A DNA stretch of 64,000 nt from positions 310,001 to 374,000 of the forward strand of contig CAJNYD010000449.1 of assembly GCA_905331295.1 (NCBI GenBank), in the 5' to 3' direction. Source of the DNA: Rotaria socialis. Taxonomy: Eukaryota. The notes under the pieces are model-generated. The model did not search any database and was not told the origin of the DNA. It saw only the letters and a list, made by a program, of their open reading frames with translations. The translations under genes and the position numbers were made by a program. Within the stretch, counting starts at the first letter, position 1, and each line of letters begins with the position of its first letter. This document shows, piece after piece, positions 53,992-64,000 of this stretch.

Positions 53992-55395
53992 TTAAATACA
54001 ATTTTTCAAAACATTAGATAATGTTTTAAGTAAGCTCGTTTGACTCTCAAATAAATAAAGCATAATGATTTACTAATCATTTCCCTTTTACACTAATTAC
54101 TCAATACTCGAATAACTTTTCACTCTTCATATACAGATATTTCTCAGAATAGATGACCTAAATATTTTAATATAATATATTCAAGATAATTACCTGATTA
54201 CGTATAATAACAAATTTTACTGTACTATTAAATAAGACGGTTTATTTTGCTTTTAGAAATGCTTAAAATAATCTTTATTCTATCTCAAAAAACTTTGATT
54301 ATTTTATTTACAATGTCATTTAATTGCTCATAAAGATTGTGAAATAAATGTTCGACCAATGTGTACAATAGTATACAATTCAGTTGGGAAAGTACGTGTA
54401 GAATAAGAAACAGGTAACTATTGAAACTCTATCACTTCATTTAAACTTGCTAAATTCTTTACCGAAAAATAAACCAATTTCTTTACTAAAGTTCTTCTAT
54501 TTTGAATGTATTTTGTTGTTTACATGATAGCCATTGGATGTTTAAATATCTAAACAAGAAAATAACAAAAGATATCACAATAATGCCTGCATAGATACAG
54601 TTCAGATACTAATATTCATTCAATTATTCATTCAATTATACAACAAATTAATATGAAAAAAGTGCGGAAAAAACGCAGGTTTTTAGCAGTTGAACATTGA
54701 AAATTGAAACTAAAGTAAACTTATTCTCAGATGAATTCTTTTCTACTGTTTTACTTTTCTTTTATCGTTTTCCAAAAATGATTTTATTGCCACTCATGTT
54801 TTTTATATCAGACTGTACACAAGTGTAGCAATACTTATTCTTCTATTGGGCGCGACATGAAATTTTGATTACGTTTAATGGATTTTTTTCCTTCTTTTAA
54901 TCATTAAAGCGCGAAAATCCTTGTAAAAAAACATCGTGTAAAAACGAAGCAGCGTGTACAGCACATACGCACTATTTTTTCAGAGTGTAGAACAGTGTGT
55001 AAATCCTATTTGATTAGGGTACAGTATATTTTGTTTTTCTGGGCACACTCTTTCATTAAAAGCACTGCTGGTTATAACGATCTGTATCATAAAATAAGTT
55101 GTATTATCGTATGTTAGTGTCATCTATTGCTCTAGTTCAATTCACTTTTACTTGAGGACAAAGGCAAACAAATGTTTACGTTGATGAGTCAAAGTAATAT
55201 AAAGGATCGTATAAATTTTTCAAACTTGAGTCAATATTACTATTATCTGCATGAAAATAAAACATTTATATCTTTTGTATGAATCATCTTGTATTTGTTC
55301 TGTGTGTTTGAGACTTAACTACATTTCCTTTTTTGCTCTACTCATCGACAATCTTATTTTATTTTTGATTGATCGCAATTTTAATCACGCGCACC

Positions 55396-55758
55396 ATGTT
55401 TCGTGTACTGATCAGTAGTATACGGGCCACAGCAAATATGCTATTGGTTCATCATCAAAACTTACCTAGTGATCAATCATCCACATCGAAATGGCATAAA
55501 TTTCGTAATATTTTTTTTTCAACTATTTCGTCATTGGGTATTTCATTTATTCGATCACTTACGGAGACTGATACTCTTTATGAATGTGTGAATACATATT
55601 TGGCACATTCAGCAACAAATCGAAATACTGTAGATCCTCGTAAACGAAATAACTCTGGTGTTAGTCGATTATCACGACCTAATTTTCGCCGACGATCATG
55701 TCGTAGTAGTGGTATTATACGAATCGTAAAACCAAAGATACATATTCATATTCATTAG
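55396..55758 (+). CDS. Intronless orphan ORF (120 aa, basic) just upstream of ZNF706
   Basis: GCACCATG start context and open frame MFRVLISSIRATANM...RIVKPKIHIHIH*, with codon style like neighbouring genes; no recognised domain. Confidence 0.45.
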   Translation: MFRVLISSIRATANMLLVHHQNLPSDQSSTSKWHKFRNIFFSTISSLGISFIRSLTETDTLYECVNTYLAHSATNRNTVDPRKRNNSGVSRLSRPNFRRRSCRSSGIIRIVKPKIHIHIH

Positions 55759-55860
55759 ACATAGAATTTCTTCATTATACATGTGAAATACAGTATTTGT
55801 TTTTTTGTATTTGTGTTTTTAGATCAGATCAAGATAAATTTCTTACGATTATAAAGACAA

Positions 55861-56192
55861 ATGGCTCGTGGACATCAGAAAGAATTGGCTCGACAACGTA
55901 ATGATAAGAACGGTAGTGGAAATAAACCGACCACACAAAAAGGCACTAATGGTAAATAAAGTTTTCGTTTGAAATATAACAGTTAGGTTAATAATGCCTT
56001 TTATTTTAGCTGCTGCTTTAACATATCAATGCACAGTTTGTAAAGTATGACTAAGAAAACAACAAATTAGTTTTTTTCGAATCAATCTACTTTTCTATTT
56101 AGACTAAAATGGGCGATCCAAAAACTTACAAACAACATTTTGAAAGCAAACACCCAAAGAGTGAATTACCAGCTGAATTACAAGATGTTTAA
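55861..56192 (+). CDS. ZNF706: Zinc finger protein 706 (SERF/4F5-like N-terminus plus C2H2), 3 coding exons
   Basis: MARGHQKELARQRN...AAALTYQCTVCKTKMGDPKTYKQHFESKHPKSELPAELQDV*. Confidence 0.95.
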
Positions 56193-57632
56193 GGCATAAT
56201 TATGGAATCGATTGATGAAGAGAAAAAACTTCAATTTACTTTAACAACCTATAAGTTTTTTTTTCTTAGAAATTCAACATTATTTCTCATAAAAATTTTT
56301 CCTTTTCTCTGCTATTTTTCAAATAAAGGGAAAGAAAATTTTCAACACAGAACGTTTGAGCACAAAAAGTGATGAGCATAAGAGCGATGCATACGAATAA
56401 CAATAAGCTTAATCAAAATGCATTGAATGAGTATACTGATAATAGATGCCGATGTCAAATTGATAAATACTATTAAGATTTAAATCTAACAATGAAACGT
56501 GAACATTCGTGAACAACAACGATCTTATACGGTATGCCATATCATGATTCATTCGAAGTACAAAATATTCTTATATTCAATCACTATTAACATGTTGTAT
56601 TTTCTCATCCTATTGAGATGTTGTATGTTCAACATCAGTTACTATGTTAGACATATAATGAATGGCTCTTAAAGAATCCGATCTGAACCTAACAGACTCC
56701 TGATGATGTGATGAGACTTATAACTGCGTTGTGTTAAAACAGATTCTTTCTTTTTGCTGTTTCATGAATATCTTTTTTTTCAAATAATTGTCTAGTATAT
56801 AATACTTTTGTTTTCGGAGATTCTTCGTACATTAATTCATCGATTTTTATCAATATTACTGGACACAATCAACTGTGATATTTAGCAAATATCATAGAAA
56901 CATTATTTCGTACCAGTTAATTATTATCAGGATTTTGGTGTAGCAATCTATTTATTTTTATATATGTCTTTAGATGTTTCTTCGTAACAAATAAGTACTA
57001 AACAACATAGCGACCACTCAACAAAACTCTTATCTCATGCGAGTAGTTTCAAACTTTCGTATCTCTCTTTTATCAGAATGTTAATTGTGAAATTCTTTTA
57101 TAATCCGTGTTTCAAAAATATACAAAAATAATTTCATAAAGGTTATGTATCAAAAGTGTCATATTCATAGCAAGGTACAAAAAAAACAAATGAATTCATT
57201 TAACGATAAATAAGTAACGAAATATCTACAACCGGTAGTAGTATAAATAGAACCACTAGGGAATACAACATCTTACGTTAGCCATCTAATAATGATTTTG
57301 AACTACTATAGACAATGGTCTGCACAACATATGGCTAATATTGTGTATTCCTACCGTTCTTCAGGTGATTTAGAAAAAAAAACTATAAATACGCATGATT
57401 ATATTATCGTAATGATAAACATGTTATAAATGTGATATAAACTAAATGTGGTCATAAAACATTGACTTTATTTTCGTCGAAATGCAGAATACTATTCGTA
57501 CATATAGTACAATAGTTAACAAATCCTGTAAAAATACTTCATCGTATGCGTAGTCAAAAATGACTCTGATCAATGTATACAAATCATAAGCTGATCTTTA
57601 GGAACAAATTTTCAAACATTTACTATGGTTCT

Positions 57633-57805
57633 CTTGTTTTGTTAAGAAGGTTGATATATTAGACATGATTTAATTCTCTTCTTTTATTTTATTTTAATTT
57701 ATTTTAAATTTAAATCAATTTAATTTGATTTGATCTTATAGTTTATTTATTTAAATTTAAAACAAATTAAAATAAAATAAAAGAAGAGAATTAAATCATG
57801 TCTAA
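57633..57805. mobile_element. Foldback insertion flanked by a 13-bp direct repeat
   Basis: Arms 57659-57715 and 57749-57805 are inverted with 1 mismatch in 57 bp; TTACTATGGTTCT occurs at 57620-57632 and 57806-57818. Confidence 0.75.
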
Positions 57806-58768
57806 TTACTATGGTTCTATTCGACGATTCATGAGAATAGATCATTTAGTTGAATAATAGCATCAGTGAGTTCTTTTAGTATGACAATTCGTATGTGTAA
57901 TCGTTTGGCTACTTTGAGAAATATTGTTTAAAGTGTATTTTTGCATTTTTCTGTATTATTTCAGTATTATCGGATGTTTTCTTTTTTGTTACATAAAGTC
58001 TATATAAATAGGTGTGTTTTAGTTCATCTTTCGTTATGCTGACTATTTCCATATTGAATATGTTGTGTGTTCAATATTCTCGTACTGAAAATGTAGTGAT
58101 CATCAACTAACATAACTATATGATTTGATTTGATTTCACTGATCGATCAATCATAGAAACGACATCTTGTTGTATTCAGTCTTAAATGGCTTTTAATACT
58201 CAAGTTGTTACTTCAATCAAAAATAAAAACGCTTTTCTTTTATAGAATGTATATGACAAAAACAATTTTTCATTATTTTTTTAACAACTATTTGCTGTGG
58301 TTGGTCAATAAGCGCGGCAACAGTTATAATCGTAAATTTATTAAACATTATTCTTTCCTTACGTTCTCTCCGAATCTGATTGACATTGAGAATTCTCTCG
58401 TTTAACAGTTTACCTTAAAACACTTATAGTGAGAAGAAAAAGCGAGAACAAGCATAAGAAAGTCGCCAAGACAGCATCAGATACAAACATTTACGCATCC
58501 GGTAAAAAGTATAAGTTTTAAGTGCATCGGCCGATGCTCTATCATCTTTAAATAAAGACGAAGAAGAAGAAAACGAGAAAGAAAACTTCCGTTTCATTCG
58601 TTCTTTCTTGTTGCCTCTCAGTTCTGTTTTTATTGGTATAATCATTGTCATTTCTTTTTTTGTATTTTTGAGACATAAACAACGATCAGGTTAAAACAAA
58701 GTTTACATCAATCAAGTGTGTACAATATAAACATCGTTTTGTGATATTATTATTTTTATTTCCCAAAT

Positions 58769-60481
58769 ATGAATCGAGTAAGTATATGTGATACGGATAA
58801 TAGATACAGGAGAAGAGTTCTAAATTAGAAGATTGTTTTCTGAAGAAAAGAAGAAAATATGTCTAAAAGAAATACTTTATACTTTTCTTTAGTCTCATAG
58901 TCACCTTGGTGCATATTATAGTCGTAATTTATCTTTACATAAACCTGGCACCATACCCAAGTCATGCCGAAATATTTCACCAATCACATCAAGTTATCAT
59001 AAATATGAATTAAAACAAAAAAAATGGCCAAAACAAACGGTCGAAGCATGGTTTCAAAATCATTCATCTCATGGTAGTTCTGCACTTCTTTTATCTCTGA
59101 TTTCATGTCTAAGATGAAATGTTCTTTAACAACCGTTTAGATCGTCGAGCTGTTTATAGTTTTCTCAATACACTTTATGATAGTGATGACGATCGCTCTC
59201 AAGTAGATAAGCGATCACCTATTGAACGACGTCGAAGATCACCTAGTCCAAGACCTCCTAGCCGTGTTAATACGGCCCTCGCCAATTCACCAAGCCATCC
59301 ATTGCAAAGACGAATGTCAAATAATGACAGAAATGAAAGCAGAACATCGAAACGTGATCTTGGAGAGATTCTTGAAACATTAGAATGGTAATTGCAATGA
59401 TGTTTTTGCATATTAATTCAAAATTTCTCCTTTTTATATAACTAACATGAATATTTGTTTTCATGAAGCCATTCAAAATGCATACACTTTCGAAACACAT
59501 GAAATCGGTCGGATGAGTAGAAAGAAAAAGCACAGATTTTATTGACTTTGAAACGAATCCATGATTGAAATAAAGCATATCATCATTAGAAGTGACCTTG
59601 CTAGAGAAATCTTGAATAGAGTAGAAAAACAACTTATTTCATTGCAATAAAATAAAGTTAGAAGCATCGACTAGTGAGTTCAAATTTAAATCTATTTTGG
59701 AATGATAGTTTTAAACTGTATCGAAAATATGATATATTTGTCTGCATCAAACTCTGATTTATATAATCAACAAAAGAATCGTTCTTGCATTGAACCGGAG
59801 AATATAAAATTTTGATTTTCTTCTTGTTTTTTGCTTTTTTTTTGTATTTTCATTCACTGTTTGGTGGAGAAACAAATTTGATACGAGATCAAGTATGACA
59901 ATTATATATAATCTTTAGATTATTGACTTGTCAGTATACTCTTTTAAAAAGAAATGATCAATAGTACTTAATATACAAAACAGATAGTGATCTAATTAAC
60001 CGTTGTTTTCTATGGTTTGTATGTTTATTTAAATTAGCAAAAAGATTTATTCTCTCAATTATTCAGTTTATTATTGTTTTACTTCTAACCACTGTTAACA
60101 TATTCTAGTTTACGTCATTCACCACCATTGCAAGAAAAAGGCATTCAAACATCAACAACGCCATTGACAATTCCATTACCTCATGTAAATGGTATAAATA
60201 ATGGACGCAAAACAGAGGAAAAATTAAGACGTTCAACAACAGCATTCGACAAGTATACGGAAACAGTTCAACCAGAAACGTCAACAGACAATACATCAAA
60301 TGTAAATGTTGCTGAAAGTCCTAAAACAAGCGTCCGGTATTTATCTAATACATGGCGTGTAATAAATCCACGAGAAGATATGGAACAAAATGTTCGTCCT
60401 GAAAACAATAGATCATCTTTTTTTAATTTTACAAAAAAAGTTTATCCTGAATATTTTTTTATTCATCCCGATTGGTATTAA
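58769..60481 (+). CDS. Uncharacterised 4-exon protein ending YFFIHPDWY
   Basis: ATG 58769 (MNR|SHSHLGAYY...WFQNHSSH|DRRAVYSFL...ILETLE|..LQEKGIQT...IHPDWY*), in-phase GT-AG introns, AATAAA downstream. Confidence 0.75.
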
Positions 60482-60673
60482 TTTGGTAAAATATTTTAAA
60501 CTTCACAAACATGACTATTTTTTTATTTCCTTCTTTTATTGAAAAATAAATAAATGAATAAATTTCAAACAAAAGAAGACAATCGTTTTTATCGAAGAAT
60601 GAAAAACAATTTTGATAAATTTAGAATATGACAACCATATTATTTGAGAACAGTTCATTTTAATAAAGCATTG

Positions 60674-61920
60674 CTAAAGTACAGTTGAAAAATATTTATG
60701 TTTTACATGATTTTGTTTAAGCATTGGTGTCGTTCGTAAAGTCATCGGATAAACATTGAAGTTTGTTGGTTTCCCTTGTTGCTTATTATTTCGTGGAAGT
60801 GATAATATTTGATTATTTTGCTGCTGCTTTTTGCCATATTTTACATTATTTGATAAACATCTTGTCACTCTGTATTGTTGTTGTTTTTTTTCATTTCGTC
60901 TAACAACAATTCGTGGACGTAAACAATCGATAATTTGCAATAGTTCATGACGGGCTTGTTTATTCAGTGAAAAATAAAATATAAAACTAAAGCACATGGA
61001 TATCATGGATAAAAGATATAATGAATAATTAATAAATATAAATCGACGTAAATCGGCATGTAGATTGTATGTTAATGGTACGGTTGTTTGATTGAAATCA
61101 GATGATAACGTACGATTTGATAACATTTGATGTCGAGGTTTTGTAGTCAGTTGATATGCATGACGCCACGTATAAATATTATATGGAGCCCAACAGAGAA
61201 CATAAAATGTAAATAATGATACAAGTAAAAATACTGTACGTTTGACATTAGCATTTGCGCGTGTATTGTTCGCGTAAAGTATAATTGGTGATGATGTTGG
61301 TGCAAAACTAGTTCGAGGCGTAGATGAACGATGTAATGTTCCAAGATTCGCAGTAGCATTCAATCCAGCATGCTGATCAGTCGTGTTTGATGATGTCAGT
61401 GTGCCCATTGGATTAGCTACTCTAGCAACATTAGACATAAGCATATGTCTATTTCTTGCCGTTGTATTTTCTACTTTTCTTTGTAAAATTTGTTCATTTT
61501 GTCCATGCCGTTTTTTTTGTACTGCCAGTTGCGTCGACAATGTATTATTACGTTTCATAGTCGACTGAAATGATGTCTTTGCTGGTGTTAAATAATATTG
61601 ATTGTGTTTTGAACTTATAAAATAGATTAAATTGGCATGAAGAAACAATGAAAATAATAATGGTAAGATATAAAAAAATATTAAAAAACTGATTAATATT
61701 TCATGTGTATATTGTACAATACAGATTTTCATTCTGAGTGACGTTCTTAAAACATGTGCATGTAGTAGATTACAAATAGCTATGGGTAAACTGCATAGTA
61801 TAGGTAAAATTAATAATATAATTGAGCCTGTTTTCGTTGATATCCGACGACACCATTTGGACTGTGACGATTCATTGGATAAGGCATTTCCGTGAATGTA
61901 AACGAAACGATCAAATGCTC
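60674..61920 (-). CDS. Class A (rhodopsin-like) GPCR, last exon (end of TM3 to C-terminus), 5'-partial
   Basis: Acceptor at 61921, then AFDRFVYI (DRY-like), TM4 ILLILPILCSLPIAI, TM5 FLIFFYILPLLFSLFLH, long IC3, TM6 LFTFYVLCWAPY and TM7 SMCFSFIFY...ARHEL. Upstream exons not found in the window. Confidence 0.88.
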
Positions 61921-64000
61921 CTAATTTAAATTCAAAAACTTCATTTATTTTTCAAATGTTCACGTAATTTAAGATGCTTCAAAACAATTTAGCATTTCTG
62001 GGAGATAAGCTTTACTTATGCATCTTTTCAACTAGTAATCTATGTATTTAATTGTCAAAGACTGATTCACAAATCTAATCTTGTTTCAAATCAGATAATT
62101 ATACGTTAACAAGTGCTCACATGTATCAATTATTAGTATATTTCAAAGAAATCGATTCTCTAATAATTTAATTCGTATAAAAAAGATGAATTTTTTTCTT
62201 AGAAAAACTACATACGTATTCCCGTTCGATTACTACGTTTAGTACTATTATTATTATTATGATTTTTCAATGAGCCAATGTGTACATGAATTCAACTTAG
62301 TTTTAGTATGTTTTTTAATTCTATGAATTATCTGTATTTTTATATAGATACAAATTATTGAATAAGATCTGCTCAACAACAATCAAACCTAGAAGCCAGG
62401 CGATTCAAGTAGATATCTATTTTTTAGATGTATCCTTTCAATTTAGTTTTTTTGCGCAGAAATTTGATTGAAAAATTTCAAATTATAAAATTTAAACAAA
62501 TATAATTTTATATCCTAATTTAAGAATGAATTAGTTTGTAAGTATTGATCTATTAAACATCTTCGTAACCTAGTATTTACAACTATTTTTATTACTCTCA
62601 TTGAAAAAGTTTACTCAGAATTTCTTCTCTATATCACAGATGTATTTTATAGTTAATTGAAACTATCGAAAATAGAATTCTAATTTAATGATAACTTGTA
62701 GTTTTGAAAGTACATAAGTCAAATTTTCTACGATACGTTCTATTACATTAGTTACAATTCTATTGAATAAGATTTAAAATTATTACTGAAAAATAGATTC
62801 TATCTAGATTTCTGTATTTTTATATTCGATTGTTTAGAATAGAATATTATGATTTCATCCCTGAACGAGTAAAACAAATTCAGTTTTCACAGTCGAAAAA
62901 GGTTTTTCAATTTTGCTTGAGGAAGTTGAATAGCCCTTAACACTTGAAGTGTTCTATATATCTTACTCTCCAGTTTAGTGATGTGGCAAAAATCTGTTCG
63001 TTTGAAAGCTATTAGAGAAATTGTATCCTAGTAATTTGTAAACTTCACTTCTTGAGTGCAAAGTATCTGGCTCAGGGATATTGTAATAATTATTTTCAAT
63101 ATCAAGACATTTCTTCTCAGCGATTGTTGAGTTTTAATCATTCTTATTCATTATGACACCGGTGAAAAATCCTTACGCCAACATTTCTATTCGTTTAGAT
63201 ACAGACTAAATAAGGATTATGTCCTGAAATAAAAATAGATCTTAAATAGAAAAATTTTTAACAGTAATTTAGATTTTGACATAAAATAAAATTGCTTATG
63301 ACAAGTTTTTATTATCTGAAAGAAGCTCTTTCACATAAATGAAGACACAAGGAATTATTAGATAAAACAACTAGAAATAATAAAAGTTTCTGTTGGTAGA
63401 TTAATTTGTGATTCGAAGAAAAATATACTAATACTTGGCGTAAGTAATTTTTTCAAAAACAAAATCTGAGACAAGATGAGAATAACTGTTCAGTTAATAG
63501 TACATTGTTGATGACTATTTCATGAATAATTTAATTCCATCAGGTAGATAAAAATATTCTACGGTTATCAAATCACGCTATACAATCATGCAAATATAAT
63601 TTGTCTAGCAGCATCTTTCTCAAATAGCTACGTTTCATACAATATTAAAATTGCTTTATTTTCGCACTTAACAAAACTTTCACAATGCACTCTTCGACTT
63701 CTAAGTCGTAGAGTATTACTCACGAGGGAGGATCACCAAGTGTTCAATCGCTTTTGCGTTGAAACTATTTGCATTATGCAGCTTCCGATGAGTTATGAAT
63801 ACGCTAAAAATATTTTGGACGGATAACTTATTGTGACTAAACCAGACCATTTCTAAGGTATGAGCTTTTTTGAGCGCCTGAGGTCCCCCTTAGGGACATT
63901 AAAAAGATTGATGTTCGAATTTTGACTTGAAAGTTTTCATAGAAAGACTCGCTAAGGAGAACAATTTCTTGTGAACGTTTCAGACGTTTCTACTATTCCT

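Noticed and set aside
61921..64000. Upstream GPCR exons
   Set aside because: No TM1-TM3-like frame found; treated as intron, with the exons probably beyond the window.

Overview
AT-rich, gene-dense eukaryotic DNA with many short (~45-70 nt) GT-AG introns. Intron size, gene content and repeat style suggest a bdelloid rotifer (inference, not verified). Genes were spliced and translated by hand. Left part: 3' end of a coiled-coil/C2HC zinc-finger gene, MTA (NuRD subunit), a low-complexity CEP170-like protein, ACP6-type histidine phosphatase, taspase-1, TCTP (-), a DLK/LZK MAP3K, La/SSB, a single-LIM muscle LIM protein (-) and TXNDC17 (-). Further right: RPAP1, a repeat-rich accessory tract (~44.5-54 kb: MULE transposase remnant, CCCAG-terminal MITEs, a piggyBac-type MITE, hairpins), an orphan ORF just upstream of ZNF706, a foldback insertion, an unknown 4-exon gene and the last exon of a class A GPCR (-). 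No rRNA, tRNA, CRISPR array or clearly bacterial gene was seen, and I cannot claim a definite novel system. Best leads: an obligatory frame change inside RPAP1 that a coding-like 59-nt GT-AG segment could rescue; a possible bicistronic orphan ORF-ZNF706 unit; recurrent splice acceptors just upstream of start codons (possible SL trans-splicing or operons); a multi-stem GC island at ~48.1 kb; a direct-repeat-flanked foldback at ~57.7 kb; and a WCPYC active site in TXNDC17.
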